Assembly: GCA_964291235.2 (NCBI GenBank)
Contig: OZ219815.1
Span: 832,001-896,000, forward strand
Source: Vicinamibacteria bacterium
GTDB taxonomy: Bacteria > Acidobacteriota > Vicinamibacteria > Marinacidobacterales > Marinacidobacteraceae
Length of the DNA: 64,000 nt
Direction of reading: 5' to 3'
Made by a program: the position numbers and the translations under genes. Of the stretch, positions 26,340 through 35,441 are shown piece by piece; positions within the stretch are counted from its first letter, which is position 1; each line of letters begins with the position of its first letter. Under the pieces are notes generated by a model, which was given only the letters and a program-made list of their open reading frames with translations, was not told where the DNA came from and searched no databases.

Positions 26340-27275
26340 CTATGAACTCGGCGTCGGCTTGCCCGCGCCCTTGATGACCTCCATTGCTGTGGCGACAAAA
26401 CCTGACACGTCGGCGAGATTGGATGGCAGGATGATGGTGTTGTTCGTCCGCGCGAGGTTGCCAAATTCCGACACATACTGCTCGGCCACCCGGATCCGTG
26501 CGGAGTCGAGCCCGCCCGGGGTGGATATCGCCTCCCCCACCTGGCGAATCCCCTCGGCGGTAGCCGTGGCGACCGCGAGGATGGCCTGGGCCTCGCCCTC
26601 CGCTTCGTTGATCTGCTTCTGGCGCTGGGCTTCGGACTCCCGGATGACGCGCTGCTTGTCACCTTCGGCGCGGTTGATCTGCGACTCCCGGTGGGCCTCG
26701 GACTCAAGGATGGTGGCCCGCTTCTCGCGTTCCGCGCGCATCTGCTTTTCCATCGCGGCCAGCACATCCTGCGGCGGCGCGATGTCGCGGATTTCGTAGC
26801 GGAGGACCTTCACCCCCCACGGGTCGCTGGCGCGGTCCACTTCCTCGACCACGGACGCGTTGATCGTGGCCCGCTCCTCGAAGGTGCGGTCGAGGTCGAT
26901 CTTGCCGACCTCGCTACGCAGCGTGGTCTGCGCGAGCTGCGCAATCGCGAACCCATAGTCGCCAATGCCGTAGGAAGCGCGGCGCGCGTCCACGACTTGC
27001 AGGTAGAGCACGCCATCTACGGAGATCTGGACGTTGTCGCGGGTGATGCACACCTGCTGCGGAACGTCGATGGCACGCTCCTTCAGCGAATGCCGGTAGG
27101 CGATGCGGTCCAGAAAAGGCACCAACAGGTGGAAGCCGGCCTTGAGGCTGTCGTGGTAGCGGCCTAGCCGTTCGACCACGAACACCTGCTGCTGGGGCAC
27201 GACCCGGGCGGTGCGGAAGAGCGTGATCACGACGATCAACGCGATCAATCCCGCGATAATTTGAAATGGCGTCAC
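26340..27275 (-). CDS. SPFH/stomatin-like protein (QmcA/paraslipin)
   Basis: VVERLGRY, QVCITRDNV, QTTLRSEVG, KQMRAEREKRA. Confidence 0.93.
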   Translation of the reverse strand: MTPFQIIAGLIALIVVITLFRTARVVPQQQVFVVERLGRYHDSLKAGFHLLVPFLDRIAYRHSLKERAIDVPQQVCITRDNVQISVDGVLYLQVVDARRASYGIGDYGFAIAQLAQTTLRSEVGKIDLDRTFEERATINASVVEEVDRASDPWGVKVLRYEIRDIAPPQDVLAAMEKQMRAEREKRATILESEAHRESQINRAEGDKQRVIRESEAQRQKQINEAEGEAQAILAVATATAEGIRQVGEAISTPGGLDSARIRVAEQYVSEFGNLARTNNTIILPSNLADVSGFVATAMEVIKGAGKPTPSS

Positions 27276-27315
27276 AGACTTTTTCCTTTTTCAGCGGCTC
27301 CGCGGCAGCGGGGCG

Positions 27316-27735
27316 TCATTCCGGCTCGACAAACAGGGTGATTCCTTCCATCCGCGCCACCCGTACGCGGCCCCCGGCCTCGATCGGCTGGCCGGAGGCC
27401 GTGCGTGCGGTCCAGCGGGAGCCGCGGAACTCCACGTGTCCCGGCTTGTTCGGCAGGATTTCCGAAGCGGCCGTCCCGGTCTCTCCCACGAGCGAGTCGC
27501 TGCCGACCGGAGTCTTGTCCGCCGAAACCGTCAGACGCCGCCTTACGAAGAAGGCCGAAGCGGCAAGGACGGAGAAGACCAGGAACTGCGGCGCCAGGCC
27601 GGTCAAGCCGACGCCGGCCAGCAGGCCGACGATGATCGCGGCCATCCCGGCAAAGAGCAGCCAGAGCTCGCCTCCCGCCAACAACTCAAGCAACGCCAGG
27701 ATGGCTCCGGCCGCAATCCAGATCCACCAAGCCAC
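27316..27735 (-). CDS. NfeD family protein (YbbJ-like)
   Basis: Hydrophobic N-terminus; SLVGETG...GHVEFRGSRWTAR; canonical neighbour of SPFH genes. Confidence 0.88.
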   Translation of the reverse strand: MAWWIWIAAGAILALLELLAGGELWLLFAGMAAIIVGLLAGVGLTGLAPQFLVFSVLAASAFFVRRRLTVSADKTPVGSDSLVGETGTAASEILPNKPGHVEFRGSRWTARTASGQPIEAGGRVRVARMEGITLFVEPE

Positions 27736-27752
27736 GGACCGACTCTAGCCGA

Positions 27753-28367
27753 TCAACCGGCCGCCCAGAGCCCCGGGGCCTCGCGGTCCCCCGGGCTCTC
27801 GAGCCCCCAGGCGCGCCACCCCGGAACCTCCCGGCGCGCGAACAGCTCGATCTTGTTCTGCTCCGGGAACATCCGCTCGATCCGCCGCCGCACCTCCGCG
27901 GGTTTTTCGGAGTGCGCCCCCCGTTTCTCGTGGACCAGTTGCCGTTCGTTGCGCGCCCCGCGGGGCACCGGGATCCGGCCGCGCCGGAACACGAGGCACA
28001 GCTCGCACTGGCTCAGCGTGTAAAAGCCCGGGTTCACCCGAACCTTGTCCCAGACGAAGGCGACCGTCGCCCACGCGAATCCCCAGGACTTCCCGAGGTC
28101 GATCGCCTGGTCCAGATGCGGGCTCGTCGCCCACAGGAAGAGCAGGCTTTCATCCGCCGCGATGTCCGCGACCGGAAGCCGTTTCAGGTCATCCAGCGTC
28201 ACGGTGGGGTAGTGCCGGATCGCCCCGCCGGTGTCACCGCTCGCGGGCCCCGCGTGCTGCAGTTGGCCCTTGTAGTCCCAGGGCGGATCGGCGTAGAGGA
28301 TCGCGAAGCGCTCCGCCGGCAGCGGCGGGAACTTCGTTCCGCCCGTGGGCGACCCGTTGGGGCTCAA
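27753..28367 (-). CDS. MT-A70 family adenine methyltransferase
   Basis: ILYADPPW, LFLWAT, WGF...FVWDK, HSEKP, KIELFAR..GW..WG. Confidence 0.92.
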   Translation of the reverse strand: MSPNGSPTGGTKFPPLPAERFAILYADPPWDYKGQLQHAGPASGDTGGAIRHYPTVTLDDLKRLPVADIAADESLLFLWATSPHLDQAIDLGKSWGFAWATVAFVWDKVRVNPGFYTLSQCELCLVFRRGRIPVPRGARNERQLVHEKRGAHSEKPAEVRRRIERMFPEQNKIELFARREVPGWRAWGLESPGDREAPGLWAAG

Positions 28368-28385
28368 GGGTCGGCGCGCGCTCCC

Positions 28386-29543
28386 TCAGAGAGCCCGGGC
28401 GAAGTCGGCGATCAGGTCCTCCGCCGACTCCACCCCGGTGGAAAACCGCATGAGCCCCTCGTTGATGCCCATCTCCGCCCGCGCCTCGGGGGGAAGGCCG
28501 CTGTGGATGGCGGCAGCGGGCCGGACGATCAACGACTCCACGCCGCCGAGGCTCGCCGCCACGGTGGGCAGAGAAAGGCGTGATGCGAAGGCATCGGCCT
28601 CCTCACCCCCGCCCCCGTGCACGAACGCCAGCATGCCGCCGAACCCGCCGGCCAGCAGCCGGGAAGCGCGGTCGTGCTGGGCGTGGGACTCCAATCCGGG
28701 GTAGTGGACTTCGGCGATCTCGGGGCGGCCCTCAAGAAAACCCGCCAACTCCAGCGCGTTCGCCGACTGGCGCCGGACCCGGAGGCCGATGGTCTTGAGC
28801 CCGCGCTCGAGCAGCACGCAGGCGTGCGGATCCAGCGAACCGCCGAGGTGGTCGAGCGTCAGCTTGATCCGCCGCACCTGCTCCGCCGATCCCGAGACCG
28901 AACCCGCCACCAGGTCGTTGTGCCCGTTCATGTACTTCGTGCAGCTCTCCATCACCAGGTCGAACCCGAGTTCGGCCGGGCGGCAGAGCACCGGGCTCGC
29001 GAAGGTGTTGTCGATCATGGAGATCAGCCCGTTGGCGCGCGCGAATTCGACGACCGCCTCCAGATCCGCCATCTGGACCAGCGGATTCGTCAGCGTCTCC
29101 ACGTAGATCAGCCGGGTGGAGGGCGTCAGCGCCGCCTCCCAGGACGCCGGATCCTGCGGATCGATCTTCGTGTGGCCGATGCCCCAGCGCGGCAGGTCGT
29201 GCGCCAGCATGTTGGCGGTTCCGCCGTACACCACGTCCTGGACCAACAGGTGATCCCCCGCGCTCAGAAAAGTCAGCAGGGCCGACGAAATCGCCGCCAT
29301 GCCGCTGCCGGTGACCAGGGCGTCTTCAGCCCCCTCCAGCGACGCGATCCGGCGATGGAGCACGGCGTGGTTCGGGCTGTTCGAAAGCCGCAGGTAACCG
29401 ACGTCGTGGTACTCCTCGCCGTGGTACTCGAAGTTCGCGGTCTGGAATACCGGGGTCGAGACCGCGCCAAGCGGCCGGGGGTTCAGCGCCCCTTCGTGGA
29501 CGGCGCGGGTGTCGAGGCTCTGGGAACGATCTTCTTCGGACAA
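28386..29543 (-). CDS. Trans-sulfuration PLP enzyme (cystathionine gamma-lyase/synthase or methionine gamma-lyase family)
   Basis: SGMAAI, ETLTNP, DNTFASP, SCTKYMNGHND, SLGGVESL, RFSTGVE. Confidence 0.92.
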   Translation of the reverse strand: MSEEDRSQSLDTRAVHEGALNPRPLGAVSTPVFQTANFEYHGEEYHDVGYLRLSNSPNHAVLHRRIASLEGAEDALVTGSGMAAISSALLTFLSAGDHLLVQDVVYGGTANMLAHDLPRWGIGHTKIDPQDPASWEAALTPSTRLIYVETLTNPLVQMADLEAVVEFARANGLISMIDNTFASPVLCRPAELGFDLVMESCTKYMNGHNDLVAGSVSGSAEQVRRIKLTLDHLGGSLDPHACVLLERGLKTIGLRVRRQSANALELAGFLEGRPEIAEVHYPGLESHAQHDRASRLLAGGFGGMLAFVHGGGGEEADAFASRLSLPTVAASLGGVESLIVRPAAAIHSGLPPEARAEMGINEGLMRFSTGVESAEDLIADFARAL

Positions 29544-29557
29544 ACGGGACTTCCTTT

Positions 29558-29740
29558 AACAGCCTGTGGTGAAACGCACGTGAGCACCGAGACGAGTGAG
29601 GCGCCCGGGTGACAAGGCGCGTGAGAGAGGAATACCGAGTGTATTTCGAACGAAACGCAACGATGAGCGCCTCGCAGAGGCGCGGTTCAGCCGGGATGCA
29701 TCGCTCGTCGAATGCCGCGTGGGTTTCACCACAGGTTGTT
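29558..29740. mobile_element. MITE with ~18-bp terminal inverted repeats
   Basis: AACAGCCTGTGGTGAAAC ... GTTTCACCACAGGTTGTT; interior homologous to 55149-55382. Confidence 0.82.
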
Positions 29741-29752
29741 GACCACAGGCGG

Positions 29753-30136
29753 TTAGGAACGGGCGGGGACCGGCGCTTCGTAGGCGGCCGCCATCAGGGG
29801 ATTTTCGACCAGCTCCACGCGGATCACTCCCGAAAAACCGGCCGGAATCCGCCGCGCGAGTTCCCCGTGGACGTAGCGGCAGAGGAACTCGGTGGTCGTG
29901 TTCTCGCCGGGAAATACCTCGTCGAGGTCCGCGTAGCGAAGCGGGGCGAGCGCCTCGCCAAGCGCGTCCTTCGCCCAGGCGAGGTCGAGCAGCACGCCGT
30001 TTGCGTCCAGCTCGGGCCCGCGGAATTCCGCGGTCACCGCGTAGGTGGCTCCGTGGCGGTTCTGCGCCGGGCCGAAGAGCTCGCCGCGGAGCGAGTGGGA
30101 ACACATCACATGGTCGCGGACGGAGATGCTGAACAC
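29753..30136 (-). CDS. 6-pyruvoyl-tetrahydropterin synthase / QueD-like T-fold protein
   Basis: Probable GTG at 30136: FSISVRDHVMCSHSLRGELFGPAQNRHGATY...NTTTEFL...VELVE. Confidence 0.82.
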   Translation of the reverse strand: MFSISVRDHVMCSHSLRGELFGPAQNRHGATYAVTAEFRGPELDANGVLLDLAWAKDALGEALAPLRYADLDEVFPGENTTTEFLCRYVHGELARRIPAGFSGVIRVELVENPLMAAAYEAPVPARS

Positions 30137-30220
30137 TTGAGAAGGGGCTGCGGCGGGCGCCCGACTGTACCGCCAAGGCGCCCGCGCTCGAATCCGTACA
30201 CTCGCCGCCGGAGGAACCCC

Positions 30221-31057
30221 ATGACCGACCCGTCGTTCGATCCGATGCCGATCGCCGAAGAAATCATTGCCGCGCGCGCCGCTGGCGGGCGCCTTGCCCC
30301 CTTCAGCGGCCGCGTTTCCGGATTCGGCCTCGACGAGGCGTATCGGGTCGCGGGGATCGTGGCCTGCCGCCGGGCGGCGCGTTCCCCCGTGACGGGACGC
30401 AAGATCGGGTTCACGAACCCGGCGCTGTGGGAAAAAGCCGGACTGACCCATCCGGTGTGGGGGAACATGTTCGAGGAGACGGTGACCCGGACCGGACCCA
30501 GCGGGGAAGCTCCGACGATCTCCATGGCGGGATCGGTGGAACCGAAGATCGAGTGCGAAGTGGTGGTCGTGCTTCGGTCCGTCCCCGAAAGGGGTGACCG
30601 GGGAGCCGCGGTGGCCCGCCACGTATCCGAAATCGGCCTCGGCTTCGAGATCGTGGACTCGCCGTATCCCGGCTGGAACATGCGGCCGGCCGACGCGGTG
30701 GCGGCGGGTGGGATTCACCACGGGCTCGCGGTGGGGCCGCTGATCCGGGTGACCGACCCGGAGGCCACCGCGGCGGCAATGGCCGCGCTCGCCGTCTCGA
30801 TGACCCGGGCGGCGGCGACGGACGACCCGGCAGCCGGCGAGCACGTGGCCGACGGCGCGGGCCGCATGGTCCTCGGGAATCCACTAGATGCGGTCGGCGT
30901 GCTCGTGGAGATGGCCGCCGATCAGGGGACTCCGCTCGCCGCCGGCGAAGTCGTCACCACCGGATCGCTGACACCGCCTCTCCCGGCTGCCGCCGGTGAG
31001 GCGTACCGGGCGGTGGCTGGCGGAACCCTCCCGGCAGCGGCAGTAGTGTTACGTTAG
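30221..31057 (+). CDS. 2-keto-4-pentenoate hydratase / fumarylacetoacetate hydrolase family protein
   Basis: ATG 30221 with GGAGG RBS; GRKIGFTN, PKIECEV, FEIVDS, VLGNPL, GEVVTTGS. Confidence 0.88.
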   Translation: MTDPSFDPMPIAEEIIAARAAGGRLAPFSGRVSGFGLDEAYRVAGIVACRRAARSPVTGRKIGFTNPALWEKAGLTHPVWGNMFEETVTRTGPSGEAPTISMAGSVEPKIECEVVVVLRSVPERGDRGAAVARHVSEIGLGFEIVDSPYPGWNMRPADAVAAGGIHHGLAVGPLIRVTDPEATAAAMAALAVSMTRAAATDDPAAGEHVADGAGRMVLGNPLDAVGVLVEMAADQGTPLAAGEVVTTGSLTPPLPAAAGEAYRAVAGGTLPAAAVVLR

Positions 31058-31174
31058 ACACCTGCGGAGGCGGCAGCTGGAGCGCCGACGGTCGGGGCTT
31101 CACGCTGCAGCCCATCCGTATTCGAGCCGCGCCACCATGCCGACAACACCGCTCCGCGTAGGGGTGGGGTGACG

Positions 31175-32512
31175 ATGTCCCCGCTTCCGCGGCGCTCGCG
31201 CCCACCCCCGACACCGCCGTTGTTCCACGGCTACTTGCGGTCCATCAGTCGTCCGCACGACGTGTTCCTCAACATGTCGCGGGAATACGGTGACTTCGTC
31301 CGCTGGCGCGGCCTCTACGTTCTTTATTTCGTCAACCACCCGGACTTCGTGCGCGAGATCCTGTCGCCGGGCTCGGAGAGTTTCTCGAAGGACCTGCTGG
31401 ACTACCGCGTGCTGGCGACGTACCTGGGCTACGGGATGATCTGCGCCGACGGCGACGAGTGGCACCGGCAGCGCACTTCCATGCAGCCTTTCTTCGCGGG
31501 CTTGAATCGTTTCGATGACACGATCAACTCCTTCACGTCGTCGTTCCTCTCCAAATGGGAGAGCCGGGTCCACGGAGAGACAGTCTGGCTCGACCGGGAG
31601 CTGGACCACCTGACAGCTCAGATTGCGAGTACCACCGTGCTCGGCCAGGACTCCGATCGTGATTTCGAGAACCTCATCGCCGAACTTCCGGTACTCAACA
31701 AGACCACCCGGGATCCACGCTCTGTCCTCAGGCTCCAACCCTGGATTCCAACACGCCACAATTTGGCGATCAATCGCATCCGGAAGCAGACCGATCGTTT
31801 CGTTTACAAAGCCATCGCCGCTCGCCGCCGTGAAGAGTCCGGAGGCGATGACATCCTGAGCTGGCTCATCCATGCCGCCGAGGAAACCAGTTCACCCCGC
31901 GGGGATGAACAGATCCGTGACGAGGTCATTACGTTCCTGTTGTCGAGTCAGGTCCCCACCACCAACGCCGCAATCTGGACCTTGTATCTGCTCGCCGCCA
32001 ATCCCCGGATTCAGGATCAGCTGGCCGACAGCCTGACCGGGTCCCTGAAGGGCGCTCCGGCTACCGCCAGCGATCTTCTTCGGATTCCGCTGCTGAAACG
32101 GGTGGTCCAGGAATCGATGCGTCTCTATCCGCCGCTGTGGATCATTCCGCGCAAGGCCGAACGGGCGAGGGAGTTCGGCGGATTTCGTCTGCCCGCGGGG
32201 GCCTACGTCAGCGTGGTCCCGTACGCGCTTCATCGGCACCCCGAGTTCTGGCCGGATCCGGAACGTTTCGACCCGAACCGGTTCCTTCCCAGCAATGTCA
32301 AAAATCGTCACTTCTACTCCTATATTCCCTTTGGCGCGGGGCCGCGGACCTGCATAGGGGCGGGGCTCGCAATGCGCCAGGTGCAAATGATCCTGGCCCA
32401 GATCATCCAGCGGTTCAGGATACGGATGCCCAACGCGCATCCGGTGGATGTGCAGGGCGGCATCGCCCTCACGCCGCGCTACGGAATTCCGGCAACCCTC
32501 ACCCCTCGCTGA
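31175..32512 (+). CDS. Cytochrome P450 with atypical I-helix
   Basis: ESMRLYPP (ExxR), PERF, PFGAGPRTCIG heme Cys; I-helix reads LSSQVPT instead of AGHET. Confidence 0.92.
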   Translation: MSPLPRRSRPPPTPPLFHGYLRSISRPHDVFLNMSREYGDFVRWRGLYVLYFVNHPDFVREILSPGSESFSKDLLDYRVLATYLGYGMICADGDEWHRQRTSMQPFFAGLNRFDDTINSFTSSFLSKWESRVHGETVWLDRELDHLTAQIASTTVLGQDSDRDFENLIAELPVLNKTTRDPRSVLRLQPWIPTRHNLAINRIRKQTDRFVYKAIAARRREESGGDDILSWLIHAAEETSSPRGDEQIRDEVITFLLSSQVPTTNAAIWTLYLLAANPRIQDQLADSLTGSLKGAPATASDLLRIPLLKRVVQESMRLYPPLWIIPRKAERAREFGGFRLPAGAYVSVVPYALHRHPEFWPDPERFDPNRFLPSNVKNRHFYSYIPFGAGPRTCIGAGLAMRQVQMILAQIIQRFRIRMPNAHPVDVQGGIALTPRYGIPATLTPR

Positions 32513-32628
32513 TTCCGGGTAGCGCCGCCCCCCGCCGCGCGTGCTAGCGTAAGAGTGAGCATCAGGGAACAGAAAATGAGGCAGAAAGCGTTGACCTTCC
32601 ACGGCCTCGGGAGGGTCGTGGAGCGGCG

Positions 32629-33990
32629 ATGAGCGCGGCCGGCGGCAACGGGGACGACGGGAACGGCCGGCGTCCGCCGACCACCCCGCGGTTCTACCGC
32701 CTGCGGCAGGCTGCCCGGAACCCGCACACCACCATGCTCGAGATGCTCCGGGAGTACGGGGACCTCATGCGCTGGCGGGGTCTTTTGGACATGTACGTCG
32801 TGAACCACCCGGATCTCATCCGCCCGGTGCTGACGCAGGACTACCGCCACTACTCCAAGAACACCACCCACTACCGGATGCTCCGGCAGGTGATGGGGAA
32901 CGGCCTTGTCACGAACGACGGGCCGGACTGGGTCCGGCAGCGAAGGCTGATCCAACCGGCGTTCGCGAGCCGCCGGATTGCCCGTTTCGACGGGACGATC
33001 AACGCGCTGACCTCGTCCCTGCTGGCCCGTTGGGACGAGCGGGACCCCTCGGAGGCCGTCTGGATCGACCGGGAGATGAGCGAGCTGACCTTCGACATCG
33101 TCGGTGAGACGCTCTTCGGGCGCGACATCAAGGAGCACGCCCGCGAAATGGGGGAGATTCTCGATGTCGTCAACCTGTCCTCGAACGACCTGCGCTCGTT
33201 CCTGACCCTCTATCCCCGGATCCCCACGCCCTACAACCTCAAGTGGAGACGGGCCATGAAGCGCCTGGACGCCATCGTCTTCGGCCTCATGGCCGAGCGC
33301 GGACCGGGCGGGGACGACAGCGACGATCTCCTGGGCCGCCTCTTTGCGGCCCGCGACGAAGAGACCGGCAAGGGAATGAACGACCGGCAGATCCGGGACG
33401 AGGCCGTGACGCTGATCCTCGCCGGGCACGAGACCTCCGCCATGGCGCTCTCCTGGACGCTCTATCTGCTCGCCACGCATCCGGACATCGAGGACCGGCT
33501 CGTGGAGCATCTCGAGGCCAACCTGCACGGCGAACCAGCGGAGACGGACGACCTCCCCCGGCTCACCTACCTGAAACAGGTCGTGCAGGAAGCGATGCGC
33601 ATCTACCCCCCGGTATGGGGGTATGTGCGCCGCGCGGAAGAGGAAACGGAACTCGGCGGCTACGTGCTGCCGGCGAAGGCCTGGGTCGGGATCGAACCCT
33701 ACGCGCTCCACCGGCATCCGGAGTTCTGGCCCGATCCCGAGCGCTTCGATCCGGAACGGTTCGCGCCGGACCGCGTCCAGGCAAGGGACTTCTTCGCCTA
33801 TCTGCCCTTTGCGGCGGGACCCCGGACCTGCATCGGGGCCGGAATGGCGATGCTCGAAACCCAGTTGATCCTCGCCCAGCTCGTCCCGCGATTCCGGATG
33901 CGCGTCGTCCCCGACCATCCGATCGAGACCGAGGCCCTGGTGACGCTGAAACCGCGCCACGGGATCCCCGTCACCCTCAGCCGGCGCTGA
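32629..33990 (+). CDS. Cytochrome P450
   Basis: LAGHETS, EAMRIYPP, PERF, PFAAGPRTCIG. Confidence 0.96.
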   Translation: MSAAGGNGDDGNGRRPPTTPRFYRLRQAARNPHTTMLEMLREYGDLMRWRGLLDMYVVNHPDLIRPVLTQDYRHYSKNTTHYRMLRQVMGNGLVTNDGPDWVRQRRLIQPAFASRRIARFDGTINALTSSLLARWDERDPSEAVWIDREMSELTFDIVGETLFGRDIKEHAREMGEILDVVNLSSNDLRSFLTLYPRIPTPYNLKWRRAMKRLDAIVFGLMAERGPGGDDSDDLLGRLFAARDEETGKGMNDRQIRDEAVTLILAGHETSAMALSWTLYLLATHPDIEDRLVEHLEANLHGEPAETDDLPRLTYLKQVVQEAMRIYPPVWGYVRRAEEETELGGYVLPAKAWVGIEPYALHRHPEFWPDPERFDPERFAPDRVQARDFFAYLPFAAGPRTCIGAGMAMLETQLILAQLVPRFRMRVVPDHPIETEALVTLKPRHGIPVTLSRR

Positions 33991-34099
33991 CCCGACCTTC
34001 CAAACAAGTTTCCGCCCCTGCCAGCCGGTAGAATCCGGCCCCCGCTCCTGACGAGTTGTCCTGACGAGCGAGCCTCCCGGAAACACCGGGGCCTGAGCA

Positions 34100-35413
34100 A
34101 TGACCGAGCGAGCCACCGAATCCGACCTCGGCAACGTCTTCGTCTCCAACTACCCGCCCTATTCCCGCTGGAATCCGGACCAGGTGCCGGCTCTGCACGA
34201 AGTCCTCGGCGAGGCGCCGGGGCCGAATCCGGCCGACCTCGGGCTCTACCTGCACATTCCCTTCTGCCGGAAGCGCTGCAAGTTCTGCTATTTCCGGGTC
34301 TATACGGACAAGAACAGCAAGGAGGTCGAGCGCTACCTCGACGGGCTGGCGCGGGAAGTCGAGATCTACGCGGCCCAGCCGTTCCTGACCGGCCGGCCGC
34401 TCCACTTCGTCTATTTCGGTGGGGGCACCCCGTCTTTCATCAGTCCGAAGCAGCTCTCGGGGTTGGTGGTCCGGCTGAAGGACGCCTTCTCCTGGTCGGA
34501 AGTGGACGAAGTCGCCTTCGAGTGCGAACCGGGCACCCTGACCGAAGCCAAGGTCCACGCGATCCGGGGCATCGGCGTCACGCGGCTGAGTCTCGGCCTC
34601 GAAAACATGAACGACGAGATCCTGCGGGAGAACGGGCGGGCCCACACCACCAAGGAGATCCACCGTTGCATGCCCTGGATCCGGGAGGCGGACTTCCAGC
34701 AGGTCAACGTGGACCTGATCGCCGGGATGCTGGGCGAAACCTGGGAGCTCTGGCGCGACACGGTGCAGCAGACGATCGATCTCGACCCGGACAGCATCAC
34801 CGTTTACCAGATGGAACTGCCCTACAACACGGTGTACGCCAAGACGATCCTGGGAAGCGACACCGAGGCGCCGCTCTTCGCGAGCTGGCAGACTCGCCGC
34901 GACTGGCACGCCTACGCCTTCGAGCAGTTCGCGAACGCGGGCTACGAACCCTCAAGCGCCTATACGGTAAAGAAGGCGGGGCGCGGGGCGCGCTTCACCT
35001 ACCGTGACGCTTTATGGCGTGGCGCCGACATGATGGCGACGGGTGTGTCATCTTTTGGCCATCTGCGGGGAGTGCACTACCAGAACACTTCGTCCTGGGA
35101 CTCCTACCTGGAGGCGCTCGGACAGGGCTCGCTCCCCGTCGATCGCGCCCTCGCCACCTCTTCCAGGGAACGCCTGATCCGGGAGACCATCCTGCAACTG
35201 AAGCTCGGGCATCTGAACCCCGCCTACTTCCGCGACAAATTCGGGGTCGAGCTGACCGACGAGTTCGGCTCCGCGTTCGACAAGCTCGAGCGGGAGAGCA
35301 TGGTGACCCGCTACGGAGACAACATCCGGCTGACCCCACAGGGCCTCCTGCGGGTGGACTCCCTCCTTCCGGAGTTCTACGAACCCGAGAACCGGAACGT
35401 CGCCTACGTTTGA
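34100..35413 (+). CDS. HemN-like (class C) radical SAM enzyme
   Basis: YLHIPFCRKRCKFCYF (CX3CX2C), YFGGGTPS, RLSLG, NVDLIAG. Confidence 0.92.
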   Translation: MTERATESDLGNVFVSNYPPYSRWNPDQVPALHEVLGEAPGPNPADLGLYLHIPFCRKRCKFCYFRVYTDKNSKEVERYLDGLAREVEIYAAQPFLTGRPLHFVYFGGGTPSFISPKQLSGLVVRLKDAFSWSEVDEVAFECEPGTLTEAKVHAIRGIGVTRLSLGLENMNDEILRENGRAHTTKEIHRCMPWIREADFQQVNVDLIAGMLGETWELWRDTVQQTIDLDPDSITVYQMELPYNTVYAKTILGSDTEAPLFASWQTRRDWHAYAFEQFANAGYEPSSAYTVKKAGRGARFTYRDALWRGADMMATGVSSFGHLRGVHYQNTSSWDSYLEALGQGSLPVDRALATSSRERLIRETILQLKLGHLNPAYFRDKFGVELTDEFGSAFDKLERESMVTRYGDNIRLTPQGLLRVDSLLPEFYEPENRNVAYV

Positions 35414-35441
35414 CGGGGCTCGCGCGCCGGTTCCCACCCCC

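Noticed and set aside
31058-31174. RiPP precursor upstream of the first P450
   Set aside because: Only MPTTPLRVGVG* is found, with no aromatic residues for P450 cross-linking and no clear RBS.
34100-35413. Assigning hemN or hemW
   Set aside because: Only family-level motifs are visible, and there is no heme-biosynthesis context.
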